A stretch of DNA of 64,000 nucleotides. It comes from Gemmatimonadales bacterium. GTDB lineage: Bacteria; Gemmatimonadota; Gemmatimonadetes; Gemmatimonadales; GWC2-71-9. Positions 8,977 to 18,358 of the stretch are shown here, piece after piece. The translations under genes were made by a program, and so were the position numbers. Numbering within the stretch: position 1 is the first letter of the stretch; the number at the start of each line of letters is the position of its first letter. The stretch lies in contig WVYX01000291.1 of assembly GCA_011772755.1 (NCBI GenBank), positions 27,365 to 91,364 on the forward strand, read 5' to 3'. Below the pieces are notes generated by a model that was not told the DNA's origin, made no database searches, and saw only the letters and a list, made by a program, of their open reading frames with translations.

Positions 8977-9152
8977 CGTGGAGACCTTCCTTGGTCGGAC
9001 GCCATCAGCTGTGCCACCGCCCGGTGGCGGCGTCAATATCTAACACTAACCATCCGCTCCGGTCGCCGCTGCAAGGGCGCTGGGTGGCATCTCTTGACAC
9101 GCCTGGGATCCGGCGGGCGTCTTTAGTTCACCGACCTAACAGGACGAGACGT

Positions 9153-10019
9153 ATGGCAAAGCGCCGCCTCAAGGACTTCGACGCTGCTGAGCGGCTCTAC
9201 CGGGCGCGGATCTTCGTGTACTCCCTCATTGCGGGGCCGATCTTCGGCGCGGTTGCCGGGTCCTCGATCGGGAGGGCTATCGGCGTCGACCCGTTCGTCG
9301 CCGCAGCTGTCGGCATTCCGGTAGGCGTGGCCCTGGTCTATTACACCGCCCTAGCTGTGGTCGGCGGCGCAGCCGCGAGTACGGAGAAGATCTACAATCC
9401 GTCCGGCGAGAGCACGCCTCGGGCGCGTGAGTATTCGTATGCCGCCTCGCTGGTGGCCCGGGGGCGCTTCGAGGCAGCGGCCGAGGCGTACGAACTGCAC
9501 GCCATCGAGTACCCGCAAGATCCCGAGCCGTACTTTCAGCTCGCTCGACTGTGTCGGGATCATCTGAACCGACCCCAGGACGCGATCACGTGGTTTCGCC
9601 GGGCACGGGCTGACGCGGAGCTCACTCAAGGCCAGGAGTTGCTCGCCGTTCAAGAGATTATCGACGTTTACATCCACAGGCTCGAGACACCGCGGAGGGC
9701 GATTCCGGAGCTGGTGCTTCTGTGTGAGCGATTCCCCAACACACCCGCCGCCGAGACTGCCCGTCGCGAACTCAGCGAAATGCGAGACATCCTTGCCCGG
9801 GAACACGAAGGCCTGGGGAGCTTCACCTCCCAGTTCCTGAAGAAGGTTGACCGAGGCAGGCTGTCGGCGGCAGCCGGGCTGACCCGGGAGGAACTGGAGA
9901 GACAGATGATCAGTGAGGCACTGCAGGAATGTGGCGACGACCGTCGCCGCGCCGCGGAGAAGCTCGGCGTTCCGTTGGAGAGGCTGGAACGGACGATGCA
10001 TGATCTCGGAATGCTGTGA
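9153..10019 (+). CDS. membrane-anchored TPR-like protein with C-terminal Fis-type HTH
   Basis: Start at ATG 9153. Two hydrophobic helices (IFVYSLIAGPIFGAVAG and AAAVGIPVGVALVYYTALAVVGG), then a helical-repeat middle. Tail LTREELERQMISEALQECGDDRRRAAEKLGVPLERLERTMHDLG resembles HTH_8. Confidence 0.6.
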   Translation: MAKRRLKDFDAAERLYRARIFVYSLIAGPIFGAVAGSSIGRAIGVDPFVAAAVGIPVGVALVYYTALAVVGGAAASTEKIYNPSGESTPRAREYSYAASLVARGRFEAAAEAYELHAIEYPQDPEPYFQLARLCRDHLNRPQDAITWFRRARADAELTQGQELLAVQEIIDVYIHRLETPRRAIPELVLLCERFPNTPAAETARRELSEMRDILAREHEGLGSFTSQFLKKVDRGRLSAAAGLTREELERQMISEALQECGDDRRRAAEKLGVPLERLERTMHDLGML

Positions 10020-10290
10020 GTTCTCGGTCCTACTGTCCTGTCCCTGAAGTCCGTTGCATCTCGCACGCGCCGGTGAGTCCCTTCGGGCACCCACGCGCCG
10101 GCGGACTCGACGCCCGCCCCTAGGTGAGCGATGGACGCCACGAGGGCAGTGTTGGTTCCGAGACCGCCGGTCGTCCGGCGGCCTGCGGGACGCACCGGCG
10201 CATGGCGTTTGTGCAACGAACTCCTGGGACGCCGCACTGGGAATGGGTAGCTATTGCCAACACCCTAGGACCCAGGACCCAGTACCTCGT

Positions 10291-11628
10291 CTACACCAGC
10301 TCCAGCCGCGCCGTGAAGTGACGCAGCACCGGCGCCTCGTAGGTGATCCGCAGACCGCGGATGGACTCCCGCTGCGCATAGAGCTGCGCGCAAACCTCGA
10401 CCACATACTCCAGGTGGCTCCGGGTGTAGACTCGGCGAGGGACGGCCAGGCGCACCAGTTCGAGCTCGGGCCACTCCCCGTCGGCAGCGAACATGAGACC
10501 ACCGATCTCCACGCCACGAACGCCGCCTTCCAGGTACAGGGCACAGGTGAGCGCTTGAGCGGGGAATTGCTCCTGGGGGAGGTGGGGTAGGAAGCGTTTG
10601 GCGTCGAGGTAGACGGCGTGGCCACCCACGGGCTTCACGATGGGGATCCCCGCCTTGCAGAGCGCCTGTCCAAACTCCTGAAGCTGCCCGATGCGGTGCG
10701 CCAGGTAGCGCTCATCCAGTACCTCATCGAGCCCCTGAGCCATGGCCTCCAAGTCTCGTCCCGCCAGACCTCCATAGGTCGGGAAGCCTTCGATCATGAC
10801 CAGCATGTTCTTGAGACGAGCGGCCAGGTCGTCGTCGTTCAGGGCGACGAAGCCTCCGATGTTCACCAGGCCGTCCTTCTTGGCTGACACGGTGCATCCG
10901 TCGGCCAGCTGGAAGAACGCCCGCGCGATCTCCGCGATGCCCTCGCTCTGGTTGCCGCGCACCTTGTTGAAGTAGGCGTTCTCGGCGAAGCGACAGGCAT
11001 CGTAAAAGAACGGGATGTCGTGTCGACGACACCAGTCGGAGACCTGGCTGGCGTTCTGGAGGCTTACCGGTTGGCCGCCGCCGGAGTTGTTCGTGATGGT
11101 GAGGACTACCAAGGGTATCCGCTCACGACCGACCTCGAGCAGCACGCGATCGAGCTTGTGGAGGTCCATGTTTCCTTTGAACGGAACCTCCTCAACGGGG
11201 TCGTAGGCTTCATCGATGACGCAGTTTACCGCCACGCCGTTGTTGTGCTCGATGTTCGCCCGCGTCGTGTCGAAGTGGATGTTGTTGGGCACATGGTCGT
11301 ACGGCTTCACCAAGTTGGTGAACAGGAGGTTCTCCGCCATCCGCCCCTGGTGCGTTGGGATCACGTGCCTGTAGCCCGTGATGCGGCGGACCGTCTCTTC
11401 GAGTCGGAAATAGTTGCGGCTTCCTGCATACGACTCGTCGCCCTGCATCAGGGAGGCCCATTGCTGATCCGACATGGCCGAGGTGCCGGAGTCGGTCAGC
11501 AGGTCGACGGTGATGAGGTGAGACGGAAGGTTGAAGACGTTGTAGCCCGCTTCCTGGAGCGCGGCCTGGCGCTGCTCCCGGCTGGTTACGGGGATAGTCT
11601 CAACGGCTTTGATCTTGAAAGGTTCCAT
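10291..11628 (-). CDS. beta-eliminating lyase, tryptophanase / tyrosine phenol-lyase family (PLP)
   Basis: 445 aa, collinear with TnaA/TPL: LLTDSGTSAMSDQQWA, PTHQGRMAEN, PLP-lysine context SAKKDGLVNIGGF, and C-terminal HFTARLELV. Indole versus phenol specificity cannot be decided by eye. Confidence 0.9.
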   Translation of the reverse strand: MEPFKIKAVETIPVTSREQRQAALQEAGYNVFNLPSHLITVDLLTDSGTSAMSDQQWASLMQGDESYAGSRNYFRLEETVRRITGYRHVIPTHQGRMAENLLFTNLVKPYDHVPNNIHFDTTRANIEHNNGVAVNCVIDEAYDPVEEVPFKGNMDLHKLDRVLLEVGRERIPLVVLTITNNSGGGQPVSLQNASQVSDWCRRHDIPFFYDACRFAENAYFNKVRGNQSEGIAEIARAFFQLADGCTVSAKKDGLVNIGGFVALNDDDLAARLKNMLVMIEGFPTYGGLAGRDLEAMAQGLDEVLDERYLAHRIGQLQEFGQALCKAGIPIVKPVGGHAVYLDAKRFLPHLPQEQFPAQALTCALYLEGGVRGVEIGGLMFAADGEWPELELVRLAVPRRVYTRSHLEYVVEVCAQLYAQRESIRGLRITYEAPVLRHFTARLELV

Positions 11629-11805
11629 GATGTTGACCGGATGAAGGACATGGTCAGCGGGTTCAAGGGAAGATATGCTGGTCGCCAGCCTGTCACGACC
11701 CAGGGTGCCTCCGGGGAGTCTTGCGAATCCGGGCCAGGCCGCGAAATTGGGCGACGCTAATTTGTCTGTTTGGCGCAGCTAAAGATTTGATGCCGGAGGC
11801 TGCCC

Positions 11806-12642
11806 TTGAGCTCACGGACGGCTCTCCTCCCGGCGGCGTCGCAAAGGGGGCTGGTGCTCGCGGTCGGGTTGGCACTCTGCGGCGCGGTGGCTGAGGCACA
11901 GACCCTGGGACCGCTGATCACCGACCGTCCGGACCAGACCGAGTCAGCGTCTGCGGTCAGGCCGGGGTTCGCGCAGCTGGAGCTGGGGTGGACCCTGAGC
12001 CAACACGAGGATGGCGGCGTCACGGTTCGCAGTCATGCAGTGCCCCAGGCCCTGGCACGCATCGGAGTGGCCCGGCGCCTGGAGGCTCGCCTGGGGTTTT
12101 CCGGCTGGCAGCGGATGCAAACGCGTGATGCCGGCGACACCAGGAGCGTGGCTGGCGTCGGCGACCTGGACGTGGGCTTCAAGTACATGCTGGCCCGGGG
12201 GGTTGGGCTGCGTCCTGGCATCGCACTCTTGGCAGGCTTGACTCTACCCACCGGACAGGAGGGGTTCGCTACGCCCCGCGTGGACCCCGTGTTGCTCCTT
12301 GCCGCCGCCCACGAACTCACGGAGCGAGTCGGGGTCGGATACAATGTGGGACCGTCTTGGTCCAGTGAAATCGTCCAGGGCGGTGACGAAGAGACGCTGG
12401 TGGATCTGTCGTACTCGGTTGCCCTGGGTCTCTCACTGCACGACCGTGTAGGTGCTTTCGTAGAGAGCTTCGGTTCGTTTGCCCTCAGTACCGGCAGTGC
12501 GTCGCGGCACTCGCTGGACGGAGGGTTCACCCTCCTGGTTCGCGACAACCTGCAGCTGGACGTGAGCAGCGGGCTCACGCTGACGGGAGGCGTCGACAGC
12601 TGGTTCGTTGGCGCAGGCGTGGCGCTGCGTGTGCCCCGCTGA
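11806..12642 (+). CDS. outer-membrane channel of the 'MetA-pathway of phenol degradation' transporter family
   Basis: Signal peptide ...AVAEAQT followed by LGPLITDRPDQTESASAVRPGFAQLELGW, typical of this family from memory. Amphipathic strands throughout. TTG start lies 6 nt after GGAGG. Confidence 0.6.
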   Translation: MSSRTALLPAASQRGLVLAVGLALCGAVAEAQTLGPLITDRPDQTESASAVRPGFAQLELGWTLSQHEDGGVTVRSHAVPQALARIGVARRLEARLGFSGWQRMQTRDAGDTRSVAGVGDLDVGFKYMLARGVGLRPGIALLAGLTLPTGQEGFATPRVDPVLLLAAAHELTERVGVGYNVGPSWSSEIVQGGDEETLVDLSYSVALGLSLHDRVGAFVESFGSFALSTGSASRHSLDGGFTLLVRDNLQLDVSSGLTLTGGVDSWFVGAGVALRVPR

Positions 12643-12793
12643 ACGGACCCGGGCCACATCGCAGTCGAGCCCTTGTCCGCTGTCCGTTCCAGCTGGACTG
12701 CCGCAATCGCCTACCATCAAATGAGTTGACTCGCGTGGGAGTTTCCCGTGGTCACTTGGTTGCGCGACTGAGGTCTTGCGCTTAGCCCAGCGG

Positions 12794-12822
12794 AATGATT
12801 AACTTAGTCAGGGCTAATCATT
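12794..12822. promoter_or_regulatory. AT-rich inverted repeat AATGATTA-N13-TAATCATT, candidate metalloregulator operator of the feo operon
   Basis: Perfect 8-bp arms at 12794-12801 and 12815-12822, ending 8 nt before ATG 12830. An inner TTAG...CTAA pair is present. The arms resemble the AATGAT/ATCATT core of Fur boxes. This is the only AT-rich patch in the spacer. Confidence 0.45.
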
Positions 12823-12829
12823 TGGCGCG

Positions 12830-13864
12830 ATGGTCGATCCCGCCCTGGCACTCCTGGTATTCGCGTTGGTCGTCACTGGCCTCGTCGGGCTCTTGTGGCC
12901 GCGTCGGGGGCTCGTTGCGCGGCTCTCGAAGCTGGTCCGACCCACCTGGCGCACACGGCTAGAGGACGCACTCAAGCGCCTGTACGACGCCGAGTACTCG
13001 GTGAAGCCGTGCTCGCTGGAGAGCCTCGCCGGCGCGCTGGAGATCTCCCGTACCAGGGCCGTAAAGCTGGTTGCCCACTTGGAGCTGGTGGGACTCGTTC
13101 GGTCCGCAGGGCCCGCGCTGGCGTTAACCGACCGGGGTCGGGCCGAAGCCCTCCGCATCGTTCGAAGCCATCGGCTCTGGGAGCGGTACCTCGCCGACCG
13201 AACCGGCGTGTCGCCGGCCGATTGGCATGACGACGCCGAGCGTCGCGAGCACACCATGAGTCCGGGCGTGGTCGAGGAGTTGGCGTCGGCCATGGGCCAC
13301 CCGCTGTACGATCCCCACGGGGACCCGATCCCCACGGCCCGGGGCGACCTGCCCCCCCAATCCGGCATTGCGCTCACAGCGCTTCGGCCCGGTCAGCAGG
13401 CCACGGTCGTCCATCTGGAGGACGAGCCACGGGAGGTCTACGAGCAGATCGTGGCGGCGGGGCTGGCGCCTCGCACACAGGTGCAGATGCTGGATGCCAC
13501 ACCACAGCGCCTCCGCTTCACTGCGGACGGACACCAGCGCGTGCTCAAGCCGGTGGTCGCGACTAACGTCACGGTTGCTCCACTGCCGGCAGAAGCCGTA
13601 CCCCACCGCCCGCTCGAAACGCTATCGGATCTACATCCCGGGGAGTCGGCCTCGGTGATTGAGATCGCTCCGGCATGCCAGGGATCTCACCGTCGGCGAC
13701 TTCTCGACCTGGGGTTGGTGCCCGGCACGGTGGTGCGTGCGGAGTTGCGGGGTGCTTTCCGTGAGCCGGTGGCGTATCGGATTCGAGGTGCGCTGATCGC
13801 GCTGCGTGCGCAGCAAGCCGATTGGGTCCGGATCGAGCGGCGGTCGCCGACCGGCGCGGAGTGA
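12830..13864 (+). CDS. DtxR-family metal-dependent regulator fused to two FeoA/SH3-like domains, with N-terminal hydrophobic helix
   Basis: wHTH region SLESLAGALEISRTRAVKLVAHLELVGLV, metal/dimerisation region RSHRLWERYL...HPLYDPHGDPIP, and two FeoA-like blocks (LRPGQQATVVHL... and LHPGESASVIEI...). The stop is 1 nt before feoB. Confidence 0.8.
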   Translation: MVDPALALLVFALVVTGLVGLLWPRRGLVARLSKLVRPTWRTRLEDALKRLYDAEYSVKPCSLESLAGALEISRTRAVKLVAHLELVGLVRSAGPALALTDRGRAEALRIVRSHRLWERYLADRTGVSPADWHDDAERREHTMSPGVVEELASAMGHPLYDPHGDPIPTARGDLPPQSGIALTALRPGQQATVVHLEDEPREVYEQIVAAGLAPRTQVQMLDATPQRLRFTADGHQRVLKPVVATNVTVAPLPAEAVPHRPLETLSDLHPGESASVIEIAPACQGSHRRRLLDLGLVPGTVVRAELRGAFREPVAYRIRGALIALRAQQADWVRIERRSPTGAE

Positions 13865-13865
13865 G

Positions 13866-16109
13866 ATGACCGGCGCCGCCGCTGCTCCATGTACGGGATG
13901 TGACGCCCACCGGGCCGCGACCCTCGTGCAGTTGGGGATCCGGCCCGATCGATGGGACTATCTCGTCGCGCTGGCCGGGAACCCCAACACGGGGAAGAGC
14001 ACCGTATTCAATGCCCTCACCGGCCTGCGGCAGCATACAGGCAACTGGCCAGGCAAGACGGTGGCGCGGGCGGAGGGGTCGTTCGCCCTTGAGGGGAGCC
14101 GCGTCAAGCTCGTCGACTTGCCCGGGACCTATTCTCTCCAGGCGGGCAGCGTTGATGAGGAGGTGGCACGGGACTTCGTCCTCTTCGGGCAGCCTGACGT
14201 CACCGTCGTGGTGGTCGACGCGACCCGTCTCGAGCGCAATCTCAACCTCGTCCTCCAGGTGCTCGAGATCACCGACCGGGTGGTGGTCTGTCTCAACCTG
14301 ATGGACGAGGCCAAGCGTCACGGTATTGGCGTCGACGTGGGGAAGCTCTCGGCGGAGCTCGGCGTGCCGGTGATCCCGACCACGGCTCGGCGTGGCCGGG
14401 GCATTCCACAACTCCTGGAAGCGATCCACGGTGTGGCCACACGTCGCACACCGACTAGACCGTTTCGCATCCACAACCATCCCCCTGAGCTGGCTGCGGC
14501 CGTGAGCGCTCTGGTTGGCCCAATCGAGGCGGCCTACCCTGACCTATCGAACGCGCGCTGGGTTGCGCTGCGCTTGCTGAACGCGGACGAGCGGGTAGAG
14601 GCCGCCGTTCGTGCCGGAGACCTCGGCAGCCTCACGGAGCGGCCTTGGGCGGCGGGTGAGACGCGTCCGGTCGGCGATGCGGTTGGCGCGGAGGCGAACC
14701 ATGCCCAGGCGATCCTCGATGCCGCATCCTCACTGCGCTGGAAGTTGAGTCCGACGTTTCATGACAGGCTCACCGAGAGCATCTACGCCGTGGCCCAGGA
14801 GATAGCGGCCCGCTGTACTGTGAGGGAGCTCGGGCGCGGAACGTTCGACATCGACGAAGCCATGGATCGGGTGCTCACGAGCCGCTGGTTGGGTTTCCCG
14901 GTGATGCTGATGATTCTCACCGTGGTCTTCTGGATAACGATCGCCGGGGCGAACGCGCCGTCCCGGTTTCTGGCCTGGGTGCTCCTGGACACCGTCCATC
15001 CGGCATTGAAGGCCTTCGCCGCCAGTGTGGGTGTCCCGTGGTGGATCGACGGATTCCTGTTCGACGGTGTGTACCTCGCCACGGCATGGGTGGTGAGCGT
15101 CATGCTACCGCCGATGGCAATCTTCTTTCCTCTCTTCACGTTGCTGGAAGACTTCGGCTACCTACCTCGTGTAGCGTTCAACTTGGATGGGCTCTTCCGG
15201 AGGACGGGCGCGCATGGAAAGCAGGCGCTCACGATGTGCATGGGCTTTGGCTGCAATGCCGCCGGGATTGTGTCGACCCGTGTGATCGATAGCCCCCGCG
15301 AGCGCCTCATCGCCATCCTCACCAACAACTTCTCTCTCTGCAATGGCCGCTGGCCCACGCAGATTCTCGTGGCAACTATCTTCGTCGGCGCGCTCGCACC
15401 GGCGTATCTCGCCGGCTTCGTGTCGGCGACTGCGGTGGTGGCCGTCGCCGTCTCGGGAGTGGTCGCGATGTTCGTAGCGTCGTGGTTGCTATCCCGCACG
15501 ATCTTGCAGGGTGAAGCGACGACCTTCAGCCTGGAGCTCCCTCCATACCGACCGCCCCGCATTCTTCATACGCTGTACACCTCGATCATCGACCGGACGA
15601 TCATCGTGCTCTGGCGGGCGGTGCTCTTTGCGGTACCTGCGGGTGGCGTGATCTGGCTCGTCTCCAACGTCAGTATCTCCGACACGAGCCTGGCGGAACA
15701 TGCTGCGTCGTGGCTGGATCCCATCGGGCTGCTTATCGGGCTGAATGGTGTGATCCTCGTGGCCTACGTCGTTGCGATCCCCGCGAACGAGATCGTCATC
15801 CCAACCGTCCTTATGTTGACCGTCCTGACCCTCGGAGTTGAGGGAGTCGGTGAGGGCGCAGGAGTGATGTTCGAGCTGGACTCCATCTCGGCGACTGGTG
15901 ATCTGCTGCGGGCTGGGGGGTGGACGTTGCTGACCGGCGTCAACCTGATGCTGTTCAGCCTGGTGCACAACCCCTGCTCGACGACGCTCTACACCATCTA
16001 CCGGGAGACGAGGAGCGCCAGGTGGACGGCGGTCGCCGCGCTACTGCCGCTGGCGATGGGGCTCACCGTCTGCTTTCTGGTGACTCAGATCTGGAGGCTC
16101 GTGGCGTAG
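13866..16109 (+). CDS. feoB: ferrous iron transporter FeoB
   Basis: G-domain GNPNTGKSTVFNALTG and DLPGTYSL, followed by the polytopic membrane domain. ATG 13866 lies immediately after the regulator stop. Confidence 0.92.
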   Translation: MTGAAAAPCTGCDAHRAATLVQLGIRPDRWDYLVALAGNPNTGKSTVFNALTGLRQHTGNWPGKTVARAEGSFALEGSRVKLVDLPGTYSLQAGSVDEEVARDFVLFGQPDVTVVVVDATRLERNLNLVLQVLEITDRVVVCLNLMDEAKRHGIGVDVGKLSAELGVPVIPTTARRGRGIPQLLEAIHGVATRRTPTRPFRIHNHPPELAAAVSALVGPIEAAYPDLSNARWVALRLLNADERVEAAVRAGDLGSLTERPWAAGETRPVGDAVGAEANHAQAILDAASSLRWKLSPTFHDRLTESIYAVAQEIAARCTVRELGRGTFDIDEAMDRVLTSRWLGFPVMLMILTVVFWITIAGANAPSRFLAWVLLDTVHPALKAFAASVGVPWWIDGFLFDGVYLATAWVVSVMLPPMAIFFPLFTLLEDFGYLPRVAFNLDGLFRRTGAHGKQALTMCMGFGCNAAGIVSTRVIDSPRERLIAILTNNFSLCNGRWPTQILVATIFVGALAPAYLAGFVSATAVVAVAVSGVVAMFVASWLLSRTILQGEATTFSLELPPYRPPRILHTLYTSIIDRTIIVLWRAVLFAVPAGGVIWLVSNVSISDTSLAEHAASWLDPIGLLIGLNGVILVAYVVAIPANEIVIPTVLMLTVLTLGVEGVGEGAGVMFELDSISATGDLLRAGGWTLLTGVNLMLFSLVHNPCSTTLYTIYRETRSARWTAVAALLPLAMGLTVCFLVTQIWRLVA

Positions 16110-16114
16110 ACGCA

Positions 16115-16154
16115 CCGGTGCCCAGGGCGTCAAGCTCGGCGTCCTGGGCACCGG
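16115..16154. terminator. GC-rich hairpin between convergent feoB and cytochrome c genes
   Basis: 12-bp arms CCGGTGCCCAGG / CCTGGGCACCGG at 16115-16126 and 16143-16154 with a 16-nt loop. No clear U-tract. Confidence 0.45.
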
Positions 16155-16177
16155 GAGCTTACTCCGAGGCTACGCTA

Positions 16178-16612
16178 TTATTGGGACTCCCTGCTGCGTA
16201 AGTACTCGAAGATGGCCCGCGCATCGTCGGGGGATACGCCCATGTCGGTCATCGGCGTGGGGTATTCCGCCTTTAGCTCCAGCGCTACGGGGTCATTCTG
16301 TAGCATCGAGTCGGGGTTCGTCACCATCGCCACGATCCAGCCGTACTCGCGACGATCGGTCACGCCCTGGAGGTCGGGACCGTTGAGCGGCCCGCCGCCG
16401 ACCGTGTGGCACCCGATGCAGCCCCGCGTCTGGAACAGCTGCTCCCCGCTACCCGCAAGCGCGGTGTCGATGGGGCCACTGGGGGCCTCTGCCGCCGCCG
16501 CCACTGCTGGAGTGGCAGCTTCCTCTGCGGCAGGCTGCTCTTCGGCAGCCTCTCCGCCGCAGCCGGCGAGTAGTCCCAGTAGCGATACGAAAGTACCAAA
16601 GCGCTTGATCAT
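16178..16612 (-). CDS. lipoprotein c-type cytochrome (monoheme)
   Basis: Start moved to ATG 16612 (MIKRFGTFVSLLGLLAGCGG, lipobox LAGC). Heme motif CIGCH, and distal Met in PMTDMG. Confidence 0.8.
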   Translation of the reverse strand: MIKRFGTFVSLLGLLAGCGGEAAEEQPAAEEAATPAVAAAAEAPSGPIDTALAGSGEQLFQTRGCIGCHTVGGGPLNGPDLQGVTDRREYGWIVAMVTNPDSMLQNDPVALELKAEYPTPMTDMGVSPDDARAIFEYLRSRESQ

Positions 16613-16638
16613 CGAACTGACTCCCCTGTCCGAGCCGT

Positions 16639-17040
16639 CTATTGTTGTTTGCGGCTTAGGCTCCAGACGTACGCCGCCACCGCCTTGAGTTGCGCTTCCG
16701 AGAGGCTGCTCCCGCCTTTCGGCGGCATGACGGTTCCGGTCGACGACTTGTCTCCGCTCACCCCTTCCATGATGCTCTGCAGAATCCCGTCGTACGAACC
16801 ATCGCTGTGCAACCACTCATCGTCGGTGAGGTCGGCCCCCAGGTTCGGCAGTCCCTTGGCGTCTTGGCCATGGCAGACCATGCAGAGACCCTGTCCTGCA
16901 AACAGGGAAGCCCCCTGGGCGACCATCTCCTTCGTCGCGCCTGGGGGGACGGAGTCGGATGCCTGCTGTGCCTGTGCCGCGGCCACCCAGAGCACTGCCG
17001 TGCCGACCGCAAGTGCCACCGAGCGATGAACGAGCTGCAC
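16639..17040 (-). CDS. class I c-type cytochrome (monoheme)
   Basis: Signal peptide ...AAAQAQQ, heme motif CMVCH, and a VMPPKG distal Met region. Confidence 0.8.
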   Translation of the reverse strand: MQLVHRSVALAVGTAVLWVAAAQAQQASDSVPPGATKEMVAQGASLFAGQGLCMVCHGQDAKGLPNLGADLTDDEWLHSDGSYDGILQSIMEGVSGDKSSTGTVMPPKGGSSLSEAQLKAVAAYVWSLSRKQQ

Positions 17041-17057
17041 GAACTAAACCTCCGGAG

Positions 17058-18266
17058 CTAGAACGCCGTCGTGAGACCGAGCGTCCAGCGTGCCTCTTTC
17101 AGCTCCAGGTCCCACGTGCCCTCCGCCAACACGCGGAAGTTACGGCGGAGGACGTAGCCGGCGCCAGCGGTCAGCGTCTGGTAGCGGGTCACGTCTTTCG
17201 GACCGCCCAGACGCACGTCGAGCAGCGGGAGGTTGGCATCGACCAGATTGTACAGCGCTACGCCGTACCAGCGGCTGCCCGGCGGGTGAATGATCAGTTC
17301 CGCCAGCCCGCCGTTGGCAACCGCCTTTGGCTCGTTGGCCACGAAGTTGGGAGCGTCGTCTTCCCGATGGACGTACTGGGCATTCACCTCAATCGGTCCC
17401 AGTGAGATCGTCGCGTCACCTCCCACCATCCAGAGGGTGTTCTGCACGGTCGGTCCGGGGTCGACGGTGCCGCGTTGACGACCGTAGTACCCCATCGCGC
17501 CAAGTCGGACATTGGGCGTGAGTTCCCGAGTCACGTGGCCGAACACGTTCTTGATCGGATCGTTGTCCAGCCGACGGTCCGGTTCCGCGGGTCCTTTGCC
17601 ATTCCCGTTCAGCAACTCGCCCGTGATGGTGAAGCCAGCTACCTCGGCGAGCACCATGATTCCCCGATCGTAGGTGAGGTCGGCGGGTTGTCGGCCGATC
17701 CGTGCCCTGTAGATGGCGTAGTCCTGGGATTCGAGCCGCAGCTCCCGCTTGAACATCGGGTCGGAGACTTGGAACTGACCGACGGCTACGTCGACGGGTT
17801 TGCCGCCTAGGTCATTCACGTATACGAAGGCATCTTCGATGCCGCCTATCTCGCCACGCTCGAAGAAAAAGAAGTACAGGTAGTACGACAGCTTGTTCGA
17901 GATCGTGCCGCCGGAGAGGATTTTCAGGTTGTACGGCGTCTGCAGGTCCGTAGCGGCGCTGCCGTTGATATATGCTTGGGCGTACGCGTCGAGCCGCATC
18001 GCTAGGGGCACGTCTCGAAAGAGCTGGAGCAGTGCGTCGCCGGTGTTGACGGTGTCCCTCGGGGTCTCATTGGGACTCATGCGGAACCCGTTTCCGGCGA
18101 AGACCTCACCGAACGGCGACACCTTGGGGATCACGGTGTGGCACAAATTACAGCTCACTCTGTACCGTCGCGCAAAAGCCGGAATCCCACTGGCGTGGGT
18201 CATTTGCGGGACGAATGCGCTGGACAGTAGGAGCAGGATGATCGGACCACTGCGGCACATTCTCAT
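17058..18266 (-). CDS. predicted outer-membrane beta-barrel protein carrying an N-terminal CxxCH motif
   Basis: Start at ATG 18266 (GGAGGG 6 nt upstream). Signal peptide MRMCRSGPIILLLLSSAFVPQMTHA, then RRYRVSCNLCHTVIPKVSPFGEVF. About 370 aa of alternating-strand pattern follow, ending ...LGLTTAF (C-terminal Phe). Confidence 0.6.
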   Translation of the reverse strand: MRMCRSGPIILLLLSSAFVPQMTHASGIPAFARRYRVSCNLCHTVIPKVSPFGEVFAGNGFRMSPNETPRDTVNTGDALLQLFRDVPLAMRLDAYAQAYINGSAATDLQTPYNLKILSGGTISNKLSYYLYFFFFERGEIGGIEDAFVYVNDLGGKPVDVAVGQFQVSDPMFKRELRLESQDYAIYRARIGRQPADLTYDRGIMVLAEVAGFTITGELLNGNGKGPAEPDRRLDNDPIKNVFGHVTRELTPNVRLGAMGYYGRQRGTVDPGPTVQNTLWMVGGDATISLGPIEVNAQYVHREDDAPNFVANEPKAVANGGLAELIIHPPGSRWYGVALYNLVDANLPLLDVRLGGPKDVTRYQTLTAGAGYVLRRNFRVLAEGTWDLELKEARWTLGLTTAF

Positions 18267-18358
18267 CGTAAGCCCTCCCTGGCGCGTGCTCTGCAAGACG
18301 ATGCGGCCTCGTCAGGCTGGTGACCCTAGTTCGGTGAGTGGCTAGGCCGGGATTCCGA

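Noticed and set aside
11629-11805. TnaC-like leader peptide or recognisable sigma70 promoter in the lyase/OMP divergent spacer
   Set aside because: There is no short ORF with a Trp-containing stalling motif. The only AT-rich element (TAAAGAT near 11781) lacks a properly spaced -35, so it cannot be supported.
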